The notes beneath the pieces were generated by a model. The model did not search any database, had not been told where the DNA came from, and worked only from the letters and a program-made list of their open reading frames with translations. Source: Escherichia phage vB_EcoM-ZQ3. From it: a DNA stretch of 64,000 nucleotides. How positions within the stretch are numbered: position 1 is the first letter of the stretch; every line of letters starts with the position of its first letter. Position numbers and translations under genes: made by a program. Shown here piece by piece: positions 24,300-33,745 of this stretch. The stretch is taken from the sequence record MW630116.1; one strand, given 5' to 3'.

Positions 24300-25034
24300 A
24301 TGGAGCTAATCTTTTTAAGCGGCATCAAACGTAGTGGTAAAGACACTACTGCCGATTACATCAATTCAAACTTTAAATCCGTAAAATACCAATTGGCATA
24401 TCCTATTAAAGACGCTCTAGCAATAGCCTGGGACCGTAAACATGCCGAAAACCCTGATGTATTCACTGAGTTGAAATATGAATACTTTGAAGGTGTTGGA
24501 TATGACCGTGAAACACCATTAAATCTCAATAAGTTGGATGTTATTGAATTATTAGAAGAAGCGCTAATTTATTTACAAAGTCAATATTTACCAATTAATA
24601 ATGTTAAAGTATTATCATCATTAGAAGGTGGGTATTCATATCTAGATATTAAACCATATGAAGCCCTGCGTGAAGCTATAAATAATATCAACGACACATG
24701 GTCAATCCGCCGTCTTATGCAAGCCCTCGGTACGGATGTTGTCGTTAATTTATTTGACCGTATGTATTGGGTTAAACTTTTTGCATTAAACTATATGGAT
24801 TATATTGGAAGTGATTTCGATTACTATGTTGTAACCGATACACGCCAAGTCCATGAAATGGAAACCGCTAGAGCGATGGGTGCTACAGTTATTCATGTGG
24901 TTCGCTCTGGTACGGAATCCACTGATAAACATATTACAGAAGCTGGGTTGCCTATTGAAGAAGGCGATTTAGTTATTACAAACGACGGCTCTTTAGAAGA
25001 GCTTTATTCTAAAATTGAAACAATCTTAAGGTAA
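24300..25034 (+). CDS. 1: Deoxynucleoside monophosphate kinase (gene 1)
   Basis: 244 aa; P-loop GIKRSGKDT; strong match to T4 gp1. Confidence 0.92.
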   Translation: MELIFLSGIKRSGKDTTADYINSNFKSVKYQLAYPIKDALAIAWDRKHAENPDVFTELKYEYFEGVGYDRETPLNLNKLDVIELLEEALIYLQSQYLPINNVKVLSSLEGGYSYLDIKPYEALREAINNINDTWSIRRLMQALGTDVVVNLFDRMYWVKLFALNYMDYIGSDFDYYVVTDTRQVHEMETARAMGATVIHVVRSGTESTDKHITEAGLPIEEGDLVITNDGSLEELYSKIETILR

Positions 25035-25038
25035 TAAA

Positions 25039-25724
<686 letters not shown>

Positions 25725-25800
25725 TTTAACAAAACAGTTTACATAAGGATGATGGCGTGTTACTATCATCCTATCAAATAAACGACCTCAAGGAAATAAA

Positions 25801-26088
25801 ATGAAAACCTATAAAGAATTTATATCACCTGTTGCTAACGTTTCTACTCTGACCGAAGCAACCCTTACTTCCGAAGTTATTAAAGCAAATAAAGGACGTG
25901 AGGGTAAACCAATGATTAGTCTGGTTGACGGCGAAGAAGTAAAAGGTACTGTTTACTTAGGGGATGGATGGTCTGCTAAGAAAGATGGCGCTACTATTGT
26001 TATCTCTCCGGCTGAAGAGACTGCACTGTTTAAAGCTAAGCATATTTCTGTAGCTCAGCTTAAAATTGTTGCAAAAACTCTTCTGTAA
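25801..26088 (+). CDS. Internal protein with capsid-targeting sequence (ipI position)
   Basis: N-terminal MKTYKEFI with L-x-E prohead-protease-type sites; 95 aa; follows 57B as ipI does in T4. Confidence 0.6.
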   Translation: MKTYKEFISPVANVSTLTEATLTSEVIKANKGREGKPMISLVDGEEVKGTVYLGDGWSAKKDGATIVISPAEETALFKAKHISVAQLKIVAKTLL

Positions 26089-26157
26089 GTAGTTTACATG
26101 CTGATAGGACTATGTTATAGTAGTCCTATCAAATCAACAACCAAACGGAAAAAACAA

Positions 26158-26421
26158 ATGAAAACGTATAAAGAATTTATCGCTGAATCTCAATCTTCTA
26201 CTCTGTCAGAGAACTACGAATCATTCTCTTACAACAACGACCATGCAATGTTCTACGACCGAAACATCGGTACTTATGTCCATGTGTGGGGTGTTAAAGA
26301 TGGTAACGTAGTTGTTAAGAAAAACTCTAAAGAAGGCAATGGTCGTGGCCAGGTAAAAATTACCAGCAAGAAAGCTATCCAAGCTTACGTCGATTATGTT
26401 AAACGCGAAGCTGGTATTTAA
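26158..26421 (+). CDS. Internal-protein-like gene with canonical capsid-targeting sequence MKTYKEFIAE
   Basis: 87 aa; own early-promoter cassette upstream; no T4 counterpart recognised. Confidence 0.55.
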   Translation: MKTYKEFIAESQSSTLSENYESFSYNNDHAMFYDRNIGTYVHVWGVKDGNVVVKKNSKEGNGRGQVKITSKKAIQAYVDYVKREAGI

Positions 26422-26483
26422 TAGTTTACATGATGATAGGACTATGTTATAGTAGTCCTATCAAAACATGAGAGGATAATAAA

Positions 26484-26669
26484 ATGAAACGCGCTGAACT
26501 GATTCGTAATGTTGCTGTAGTAATTGCTTCAATGGCTTTTAGTTTTTCGATGTTTGTAGGATTCATTTGTGGACTACTGACGACAACCGAAAACTCTATC
26601 TCATTGGTAGTGGCATTTCTAATCGGCTTAATCGCCATCGTTATGGATAAAATTGCAAAAGGTGAGTAA
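26484..26669 (+). CDS. Small hydrophobic (membrane) protein
   Basis: 61 aa, two hydrophobic helices; promoter cassette and GAGAGGA RBS upstream. Confidence 0.5.
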   Translation: MKRAELIRNVAVVIASMAFSFSMFVGFICGLLTTTENSISLVVAFLIGLIAIVMDKIAKGE

Positions 26670-26670
26670 A

Positions 26671-27033
26671 ATGAAATATCATGTATATGCTGATTTTGAA
26701 GCTAATCCTTCTAAAGACCCTGATTGTCGTTTGTTACGTGAACCGTTTGATTCAGCCACAGAAGCATGGCACTGGATTAAATCTAAATCACCCGGTTATA
26801 TGTTCTTTGAAGTAGTCGATGACAATGGTGCACTGCATCCAGCCCCTACGGAAACTATTAATTTCCTTCTGTTTGCTGGTTATGAATACTATCCTTATGG
26901 TGGTATCGACGACCTTTACGCTAAAGGTAAAACTGTCGAAGCTCTTCGTGAAATATATAAGAACGCTGAAGAAAATTTCGACTGGTACCATATTGTTAAT
27001 GCCCATACCTTTGAAGTGGTGGAACATTCATGA
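26671..27033 (+). CDS. Hypothetical protein
   Basis: ATG overlapping the upstream stop; 120 aa. Confidence 0.5.
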   Translation: MKYHVYADFEANPSKDPDCRLLREPFDSATEAWHWIKSKSPGYMFFEVVDDNGALHPAPTETINFLLFAGYEYYPYGGIDDLYAKGKTVEALREIYKNAEENFDWYHIVNAHTFEVVEHS

Positions 27034-27320
27034 TTCTTTATGCTAAAGTAAAATCTGTTGAGAATGGTTATGAAAGCGATCAGCAAGCAGCTAAAGCATT
27101 GGTCAATGATTACGGTATTTTGACTAACTTTGAAGTTGAAAAAGTTTACATCGACCGTTCATCTTCGCAGGTTAAATTACTCTGGGAAGACGGTAAATTT
27201 AATAGCGTGAATTTTGATTTCTTTATTGAAACAGAAAAAGGTCCTCTTGAATATGATATTTTCAAGAATCCTTTGAAATTACGTTGCATTGAATATAATT
27301 ACATTAATATGGTACGGTGA
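27030..27320 (+). CDS. Hypothetical protein
   Basis: 96 aa; ATGA overlap with the upstream gene. Confidence 0.45.
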   Translation: MILYAKVKSVENGYESDQQAAKALVNDYGILTNFEVEKVYIDRSSSQVKLLWEDGKFNSVNFDFFIETEKGPLEYDIFKNPLKLRCIEYNYINMVR

Positions 27321-27324
27321 GTAA

Positions 27325-27840
27325 ATGAATATTTGTTTAGGCAGTACAATTCCTAAGGGCTACGTAATTGATGTCACTACCTATGAAAATGATGGTGACA
27401 ACTATAAAACCAAAACATTGTTTGAAGTGGAAGAGCATGAGCTCCAACAGTTTAAATATCTCTTGAAGAAATTTAAGAGCCGTCATTCTAGCACTAAAGC
27501 CGAACGTTATTGCGGTAATACACCATTCAGTGATTGTTCGCTTTTAATCTATGAATACTTGGTTGAAGGACTGTTCTCAGACCAGCTTTATCCAGAATTC
27601 ATTAAAAAGGTCTTTGGTATCGAAGTTGACCTTGGTGACAAATCCGAAGAAGATGAAACACGTGTATTCGACCTATTCTTTGAGAGCGGAGATGAGATAT
27701 CTCAAGGACTTATTGATATTCTTGGCTATGCTTCTGAATACTATGATTACGATTTCTTGCGTGTAGTTGAACGTGTTGAATTCGCTTATATTGAAGAAGA
27801 AATTGTTTTGCCGACTGTTAAAATGATTGATTTGCTTTAA
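27325..27840 (+). CDS. Hypothetical acidic protein
   Basis: 171 aa; GTGAGTAA RBS-like sequence upstream. Confidence 0.5.
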   Translation: MNICLGSTIPKGYVIDVTTYENDGDNYKTKTLFEVEEHELQQFKYLLKKFKSRHSSTKAERYCGNTPFSDCSLLIYEYLVEGLFSDQLYPEFIKKVFGIEVDLGDKSEEDETRVFDLFFESGDEISQGLIDILGYASEYYDYDFLRVVERVEFAYIEEEIVLPTVKMIDLL

Positions 27841-27919
27841 GAATTATGTGTTATTATTAATTCATACCCTCTATTACCAAAGGTGCTCTAAAGTGCCTTT
27901 CATAATAGAAAGTTATTAA

Positions 27920-27994
27920 GGCCCTGTAGCTCAATGGGAGAGCTGTCAGCTCATAACTGATAGGTAGCTGGATCGAAACCAGCCAGGGTCACCA
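27920..27994 (+). tRNA. tRNA with CAU anticodon (Met, or Ile if lysidine-modified), CCA encoded
   Basis: Manual cloverleaf: acceptor GGCCCTG/CAGGGTC, D-stem GCTC/GAGC, anticodon loop CTCATAA, T-arm GCTGG-ATCGAAA-CCAGC, discriminator A, CCA. Confidence 0.8.
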
Positions 27995-28000
27995 AACAAA

Positions 28001-28072
28001 TGGTGCATCGTATAAAGGTTATTACGGGGAGCTGTTAACTCCTTTATCTTGGTTCGAGTCCAAGTGCGCCAG
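28001..28072 (+). tRNA. tRNA-Asn (GUU anticodon), no encoded CCA
   Basis: Acceptor TGGTGCA/TGCGCCA, anticodon stem GGGAG/CTCCT with loop CTGTTAA, T-arm CTTGG-TTCGAGT-CCAAG; 6 nt after the previous tRNA. Confidence 0.7.
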
Positions 28073-28117
28073 TAATTTAAACGAAGTAAATTAAGTGCTC
28101 TATCCAAATAATAAATA

Positions 28118-28136
28118 CTCCTATATTTTATAGGAG
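28118..28136 (+). promoter_or_regulatory. Hairpin sequestering the RBS of the downstream endonuclease gene
   Basis: Inverted repeat CTCCTATA-ttt-TATAGGAG; right arm is the SD 10 nt before the ATG at 28147. Confidence 0.5.
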
Positions 28137-28146
28137 ATAATTGGTA

Positions 28147-28812
28147 ATGAGCATTTGTAAACATTGTAATATGGAATTTGATATTTCTAATAAACCTAAA
28201 GGATGGATGGCTAACCACACTAGATGGTGTAAATCCAACCCTAAATTGGAATTGTATAAAGAAAGTTCTAAATCAGCCATTGCAGCAATGAATAAAGCAC
28301 GTATAGCTTCAGGTAATTTAAACCAGTATGTTGTATCTAAAAAGACTGGTGTCCCTGTAGTAATTTCGGAAGAGACTAGACAAAAATTGTCAGCCGCTTC
28401 ATTAGGTAGAGAACACTCTGAGGAATCTAGAATAAAAATATCTAATGCTCGGAAAAAATGGTTGAATGAAAACCCTGATAAACATCCTTGGAAGAAAAAT
28501 ACAAAATTTAAATCTGTGCCTTGTGAATTTTTGAAATCTAAATTAATAGAAAACGGAATTTCATTTATTGAAGAATACCAACCGGTTAAAAACCGAGCGT
28601 ATTGCACGGATATTGCTTTAATAGATAAAAAGATTATTATTGAAGTTAATGGAAACCAACATTACTCCAATCCTAAGAAAAAGATTTTGGCCCCTTATTA
28701 TAAAGAACGCCATGATATTATAAAATCATTAGGATGGGAAATATATGAACTTCATTATGCTGAAGTTTATAAAGAAGATATTGTAAATAATTTAATTGCC
28801 TCTATAGTGTAA
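28147..28812 (+). CDS. Putative free-standing homing endonuclease (N-terminal Cys/His motif, NUMOD3-like repeats, C-terminal Vsr/DUF559-like nuclease motif)
   Basis: CKHCN...HTRWC; ETRQKLSAASLGREHSEESRIKISNARKKW; C-terminal D..IIIEVNGNQHY..RHD...LGWEI; sits between tRNA genes and overlaps tRNA-Arg by 15 nt; no GIY-YIG motif. Confidence 0.6.
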   Translation: MSICKHCNMEFDISNKPKGWMANHTRWCKSNPKLELYKESSKSAIAAMNKARIASGNLNQYVVSKKTGVPVVISEETRQKLSAASLGREHSEESRIKISNARKKWLNENPDKHPWKKNTKFKSVPCEFLKSKLIENGISFIEEYQPVKNRAYCTDIALIDKKIIIEVNGNQHYSNPKKKILAPYYKERHDIIKSLGWEIYELHYAEVYKEDIVNNLIASIV

Positions 28813-28873
28813 TGGATAGCATATAATCGTTCTAAGGTTAATGGTGAGAGTTCAAATCTTTCTAGAGGCACCA
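28798..28873 (+). tRNA. tRNA-Arg (UCU anticodon), CCA encoded
   Basis: Acceptor GCCTCTA/TAGAGGC, D-stem GTGT/GCAT, anticodon loop GTTCTAA, T-arm GAGAG-TTCAAAT-CTTTC, discriminator A plus CCA. Confidence 0.8.
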
Positions 28874-28891
28874 ACTTTAAGTGAGGAAAAT

Positions 28892-29236
28892 ATGAAAGGC
28901 AATATTTATTTGGTAGTTCATGATTTAACGTTTTATTTTAACGAACAGGATACAGTTATTTCCGACCGGTTGATTAATTCGTTATATCAACACGCTGATT
29001 ACGTTTATTTTCAAAATGAATTCGGACATTGGAAGTTTCTTAAAAACCGTTCCGGGTTAACTAGTTTTGAATACTTTGACCGTAAAGACCTTTTAAACGA
29101 AATTCCATTACAACATCGGTTCCAGAAACGCGAATCACTATACTATTGTCGCCATATACCAAATGCTGAATGTGTTTATGAAGCGATTAATCTATGGCGT
29201 CGGCGTCGAGAGCAAATTGATGATATGCCAAAATAA
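28892..29236 (+). CDS. Hypothetical protein
   Basis: 114 aa from the ATG after GAGGAAAA immediately 3' of tRNA-Arg. Confidence 0.5.
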   Translation: MKGNIYLVVHDLTFYFNEQDTVISDRLINSLYQHADYVYFQNEFGHWKFLKNRSGLTSFEYFDRKDLLNEIPLQHRFQKRESLYYCRHIPNAECVYEAINLWRRRREQIDDMPK

Positions 29237-29546
29237 GAAGCCGGGTCGCTACCGGCAAGACGTCGGACTGATGTTCCCTGAGTAAGGATTGGTCTTAATA
29301 AATCTTTACGATTTGTTAATACCCCCTTACATCACAGCAGAAACGGCGCACAGAATTATCGATTCGAGGAAATATCTTTGCCGTAAGCCGAGTAGCGTTT
29401 TTGACGGAACGTTCGGATATGGTCGAGATATGGCCTTTTAAAAATATTGAGTAGCGTCAACTGCTTAATAACCGGGTTCGAATCCCGGCGTTTCGTACAA
29501 ACACTTACCTAGTAGGTGGAAACCCGACAAGGTTGCCGCAAGGCAT

Positions 29547-29575
29547 AGCCCCTTCCGAAAGGTTGGGGCTTTTTT
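29547..29575 (+). terminator. Rho-independent terminator
   Basis: AGCCCC...GGGGCT stem followed by TTTTT. Confidence 0.6.
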
Positions 29576-29576
29576 G

Positions 29577-29584
29577 TATAAATA
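29577..29584 (+). promoter_or_regulatory. Late promoter TATAAATA upstream of the 29620 internal-protein-like gene
   Basis: Exact consensus directly after the terminator, 35 nt upstream of the ATG. Confidence 0.5.
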
Positions 29585-29619
29585 TAGTAAACAATAAACC
29601 TACTTTCTAAGGACCATCA

Positions 29620-30240
29620 ATGTATACTTTTAATGAATTTTTAGCCGAAACGGAAGTAATCACCGAAGCCGGCGTACGTATGACAAAAGAGAAATGGCAA
29701 GCTGCTTACGATGCTATTTCTGGTACAAAAACTAGTACAGAGTTTTTCAAAAACGTTCAAGCCATGTACGGTATCGACACTTCTAGCCAAAAAGAATATT
29801 ACAGAGCTTCTAAAGCATTCAAAGATATTGTTAGTGGTGGTGTTTCTGCTAAATCGGGTTCGCCTAAAGTAAAACCTGCTCCTACCATTCCTAAACCTGC
29901 GACCCCTAAAGCAAAACCTGAGCCTAAGCCTGAAGTAAAAGCAACTCCTAAAGCTCCTGCTCTTAAGTTTGATACTTCTAGCCTGGAAAAAAAATATAAA
30001 CAACTATCTTCGCTTGTTCGTGATATTGAATCCGATACATCTTCACTCGTTCGTGAATTCAATATTCTTCGTAATGGCCAACATATCAACAACCTTGATA
30101 CTCCAGACCTTTATCGTCTTTATTTGACTATCGAAGGTTTGAAGTATACTCAACCACTTCACGATGCGATTAAAGAAAAACTTCGTCAGGCAGGTCGTTT
30201 GGCTGCTGACGCTGCTCAGTATGCAAAAACTCGTAAGTAA
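29620..30240 (+). CDS. Internal-protein-like gene with capsid-targeting-type N-terminus and Pro/Lys-rich linker
   Basis: MYTFNEFLAETE resembles the capsid-targeting peptide; low-complexity PKPATPKAKPEPKPEVKATPKAP region; 206 aa. Confidence 0.55.
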   Translation: MYTFNEFLAETEVITEAGVRMTKEKWQAAYDAISGTKTSTEFFKNVQAMYGIDTSSQKEYYRASKAFKDIVSGGVSAKSGSPKVKPAPTIPKPATPKAKPEPKPEVKATPKAPALKFDTSSLEKKYKQLSSLVRDIESDTSSLVREFNILRNGQHINNLDTPDLYRLYLTIEGLKYTQPLHDAIKEKLRQAGRLAADAAQYAKTRK

Positions 30241-30349
30241 AGAATGGGGACTTCGGTCCCCATTAGGGGGTCTATAACTTACTAAAAAAGTTGTTTACTT
30301 CTTCCCTAGTTGTGTTACTATAGTCCTATTAAAACATGAGGAGAATATT

Positions 30350-30853
30350 ATGAGTCTTTACACTGAACTGAATAAAAAATCTGAAGAATCCGCTGAAACT
30401 ATTTTTAAAAACGTGCAAAAGCGTATTTTAGAAAAGATGTATAACACTGCAGCTAAAGGTGAAAAATCTTGCCGGTTTCCGATGAGGTGTTCTTCCGATT
30501 TATGCGCAAATACTATTGAATGGCTGGAAAGTGAAGGTCTTACGGTAGAGAAAAACCCGGCGTCTTCTATTGACAGTGAATCATATATTAGTATTTCTTG
30601 GGATAAATCAAGGGTAGAAGAGAAAGATGGTGATTGGGTTGTAGATGTTAAAACTTCTGATGGCGGACGTTCTGTTGAAGTTTCAGCTGTAGTTAAAGGT
30701 ACCCACGAACAAAGGACTTGGGGTTGGGGTGGTGAAGAAAAAGAAATTGTTCTTAGTGTGATTGCCAGGTCAACTAGTAATAAAATTGCACAAAGCATCA
30801 TTGACGCTGCAATTGCTGAAGCAGAAAAAATTTGCAAAATTAAAAATAAATGA
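30350..30853 (+). CDS. Hypothetical protein
   Basis: 167 aa; promoter cassette upstream. Confidence 0.5.
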   Translation: MSLYTELNKKSEESAETIFKNVQKRILEKMYNTAAKGEKSCRFPMRCSSDLCANTIEWLESEGLTVEKNPASSIDSESYISISWDKSRVEEKDGDWVVDVKTSDGGRSVEVSAVVKGTHEQRTWGWGGEEKEIVLSVIARSTSNKIAQSIIDAAIAEAEKICKIKNK

Positions 30854-30911
30854 TGTACAAACGCCAAGGACGGTGTTACTATAGACCTATCAACTACAGA
30901 GGAGAAACAAA

Positions 30912-31139
30912 ATGGCTACAGTTAGTATTGATGTCGTTGATTATGAATACACCGAAGAAGTTATTCGCAGCCGTCACCCTGAAGTTCGTATCGATTCAGT
31001 CCAAGATTCCAAGTTTTGGACAACCGAGCTTAATCTGAGTGGTCCTTATGAAGCTGTTAAGAAGTTCATGGTTGAAGAATACTGCGAAGGCATGCACCCC
31101 GAAGACGCCGAGTTTTATGTCAATTTGATTAAAAAATAA
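30912..31139 (+). CDS. Hypothetical protein
   Basis: 75 aa; GGAGAAA RBS. Confidence 0.5.
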   Translation: MATVSIDVVDYEYTEEVIRSRHPEVRIDSVQDSKFWTTELNLSGPYEAVKKFMVEEYCEGMHPEDAEFYVNLIKK

Positions 31140-31211
31140 TTTACAAACTCTTGAGAGCAGAGTATAATGCTCTCATTGGATAATAAACACCACCAATTGA
31201 AAGGTAATAAT

Positions 31212-31805
31212 ATGAACACACTGAAGAAACTTGTTGAATTCATCCGCACTAAACTGGGTACTGCTATGGCTAAAAATCTGACTGTCGAAGAACAGTATAA
31301 CGCAGCTGCAGATAAGTTGATTACCCAAATCAAAGAACTAAAAACGGCTTCTGTTAAATCTATTAATGAAGAAAAACGTATTCGCGAACTTGTTATTGAA
31401 AAGAATAAGCAAGCCGCTTCTAAGGAACGTGAAATTCGTAAGCTCCTGGCTGAAGGACAAGATGTTACCATGCATGCTAAGCTTGGTCTTCTGTATCGTC
31501 GAACTGCCGAACAACTTAATACAAAAGCTGACGGGTACGCTGCTATGCGAATTGAAATTGCTCGTAAGGTGGTTGAACTTGACGATGCTCGTCAGAATCT
31601 GGCAATCAAACTCGAATACATTCGTGAAACTCGAGCAGCTAATGCCCTTGGTATCTCTACGGCTGATGATGTAATTGAAATCGCTGCACTAACTAAGGTT
31701 GATATCGAAGACACTCTGACTCGTGTTGAAACGTTCAATGGCACACCAGCTGGTGTCGAAACCACTTCTGCTGATGTACAAGAATATATTAACTCTTTGA
31801 AATAA
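31212..31805 (+). CDS. Hypothetical coiled-coil protein
   Basis: 197 aa; heptad-rich; promoter cassette upstream. Confidence 0.5.
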   Translation: MNTLKKLVEFIRTKLGTAMAKNLTVEEQYNAAADKLITQIKELKTASVKSINEEKRIRELVIEKNKQAASKEREIRKLLAEGQDVTMHAKLGLLYRRTAEQLNTKADGYAAMRIEIARKVVELDDARQNLAIKLEYIRETRAANALGISTADDVIEIAALTKVDIEDTLTRVETFNGTPAGVETTSADVQEYINSLK

Positions 31806-31813
31806 AATAATAC

Positions 31814-31835
31814 GGAGGACTCCGGTCCTCCTTTT
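31814..31835 (+). terminator. Rho-independent terminator
   Basis: GGAGGAC-TCCG-GTCCTCC then TTTT. Confidence 0.55.
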
Positions 31836-31854
31836 GGATAATAAAGGAGTTAAC

Positions 31855-32277
31855 ATGCGAAACCAAAATAATGATATTGACTCAATGTTCGAAGAGTTCC
31901 GAAATAAGGTAAATCCACCTACGTCTTTAGTTGATTCATTACGATATGTTGCAACTGGACGTAAATGGTACTGGTCGTCTTCTTATGAGACAACTGAATA
32001 TGCAAATAACCGAAAATCTTTATTAGCCCCAGGTATTATGATTCATGATATCGGAGCTATTGCTAAACTAGTTGCGGACCATGATATTAGATTCACTGAT
32101 TTCGTTGCTCCTACGTGGTCTGTTTGTTGTTTAAACACTGAATGGGACTATATCAGTGAACGCTCTGAAGATTATTATGGTTTTAGAGATAAGCTCTTAA
32201 GGTCTAACATGTTTTATATCGATACTGAAGTTCTAGTCGATAATAAAATATTACTTTACGTTAATCGTCGATTCTGA
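31855..32277 (+). CDS. Hypothetical protein
   Basis: 140 aa from ATG after AGGAG. Confidence 0.5.
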   Translation: MRNQNNDIDSMFEEFRNKVNPPTSLVDSLRYVATGRKWYWSSSYETTEYANNRKSLLAPGIMIHDIGAIAKLVADHDIRFTDFVAPTWSVCCLNTEWDYISERSEDYYGFRDKLLRSNMFYIDTEVLVDNKILLYVNRRF

Positions 32278-32417
32278 AACTATGTATGAAGGCAAGCCTT
32301 TGCTTAAAAGAGTTGATGCTTTAAGTGCTATTGATGCGCTTTATGAAACCATGGTTGTTAGTCCTAATTTCACTAACAATTTAATCCTTGAGCAATTTAT
32401 TATGGAATGTAGAGAAT

Positions 32418-32813
32418 ATGTCAAAGCCAACCCTATACATGCCAATTAAGCCCTGGGCATACGAATACAAACGTAAATTAATCCCAAACGAAGTACTATT
32501 TGGCCCTATTTTAGCTTTAGCGTTTTTAATCTTTATGATTATAGGAGCTGTTTTAGATTCCAATAAAGTTATATCGTCTGATGCAGCGTTTTCATTAATG
32601 TTCGTCGCACCACTTATTGTACCATTTTTATTAATGCCTATTAATTGGGCAGGATATTGGCACCAAGGCCGTCATCACAGAGCTCGAGTTCGTGAGTGGA
32701 AAGTTCAGTGCGCAAAAGCCCAAGCTCAGTATGATGAAGCTGTTAAAAAGTATGAATACGAAGAAGCTATGGAATTCGTTAAGGAAATAAGATGCAAAAG
32801 CCTCAACTCTTAA
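32418..32813 (+). CDS. Predicted membrane protein
   Basis: 132 aa with two hydrophobic segments. Confidence 0.5.
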   Translation: MSKPTLYMPIKPWAYEYKRKLIPNEVLFGPILALAFLIFMIIGAVLDSNKVISSDAAFSLMFVAPLIVPFLLMPINWAGYWHQGRHHRARVREWKVQCAKAQAQYDEAVKKYEYEEAMEFVKEIRCKSLNS

Positions 32814-33043
32814 CCGTATGGCCGTCTCTTGGTGAGAACATTCTAATTTTTATTATGAGTATTGGCATGGGATTTGCCTTTGGATTAGTTGGATTTCTTA
32901 TTGACGGCGTTGTGTTAGGATTTATAGGGAACACTGGTGGATTCACAGACCAATGGCAGGACCTAAGATACACCCAAGCCTTTGCATCTATCGCATCATT
33001 TTGTACTGTAAGTCTATTTTTACTACGATTTTATAAACCATAA
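32792..33043 (+). CDS. Predicted membrane protein
   Basis: 83 aa, hydrophobic; overlaps the upstream gene. Confidence 0.45.
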   Translation: MQKPQLLTVWPSLGENILIFIMSIGMGFAFGLVGFLIDGVVLGFIGNTGGFTDQWQDLRYTQAFASIASFCTVSLFLLRFYKP

Positions 33044-33148
33044 CAAGAAAAATAAAAAGGTTTACGCTTCTCAAATGATTAGTTATAATGAACTCCTAGC
33101 TAGACGTGAAAATGAAACAATAGAAAACTTTATTAAGGAATGTAGAAA

Positions 33149-33454
33149 ATGAGTAAGATTATTGAAATTAAAGTACCAGAGTTTAATGATGCTAAATCCG
33201 CTTCAGATGCAATTTATAAACTTCTGAATCAAGCTGAACGTATCGAAGAAGAAGCAACAAAGATCGCAGACCAATATGCCGTATCATTTTCTGTAGGTGA
33301 TTATGGTAGTGGTCGTACTTATTATCCTAAGGGTGAAATTGTATCCCAGTGGATGAAAGATGAAATTGAAAATAATGGTGGTGATGTTAAACGTGAAGGT
33401 AATGGTTACGTTATTACTGAAGGTGCTTGGGTTTCGTCTTCTTCGATGTGCTAA
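33149..33454 (+). CDS. Small protein, member 1 of a tandem paralogous triplet (C-terminal GAWVSSSSMC)
   Basis: 101 aa; shares the helical N-terminus and C-terminal G-W-[VI]-[SA]-S-S-x-x-C tail with the next two ORFs. Confidence 0.55.
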   Translation: MSKIIEIKVPEFNDAKSASDAIYKLLNQAERIEEEATKIADQYAVSFSVGDYGSGRTYYPKGEIVSQWMKDEIENNGGDVKREGNGYVITEGAWVSSSSMC

Positions 33455-33463
33455 GGAATCATT

Positions 33464-33736
33464 ATGTCTAAAGAACAAACCGAACTGGCTGAAGCCGTAG
33501 CAAAAATCTATGCAGCTATTGAGGCTGCCAAAGAAATTGCTGATAAACAAAACACAACATTCGACTTGTATCCGGCTTATGGTATGGGTGGAACCTATCA
33601 TTCACCCGGACAACTTAAAGCCGATCTTGAACGTTGTACAAAAAACGGCTATGCTGAATGGGCTGACGTTTACCAATACGACTACAACCTGAGCCTCGAA
33701 ACTGGTGGTTGGATTGCATCTTCTCATACTTGCTAA
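33464..33736 (+). CDS. Small protein, member 2 of the triplet (C-terminal GGWIASSHTC)
   Basis: 90 aa; similar intergenic spacer gctaaggaa..atg. Confidence 0.55.
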   Translation: MSKEQTELAEAVAKIYAAIEAAKEIADKQNTTFDLYPAYGMGGTYHSPGQLKADLERCTKNGYAEWADVYQYDYNLSLETGGWIASSHTC

Positions 33737-33745
33737 GGAAACCAT

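Noticed and set aside
26098-26157. Upstream extension of the 26158 internal-protein ORF (MLIGLCYSSPIKSTTKRKKQ)
   Set aside because: This is the promoter palindrome read through in frame from a non-ATG codon; the real start is the ATG at 26158 that begins the capsid-targeting peptide.
28128-28607. Minus-strand 159-aa ORF
   Set aside because: Entirely antisense to the endonuclease gene and the tRNA region; no RBS; likely spurious.
29237-29560. A complete additional tRNA gene
   Set aside because: A T-arm and acceptor pairing are visible but D and anticodon arms could not be folded consistently; kept as a tRNA-like remnant in the findings only.
30358-30867. Minus-strand 169-aa ORF
   Set aside because: Fully overlaps the plus-strand gene 30350..30853, which has a promoter and RBS; antisense frame is likely spurious.
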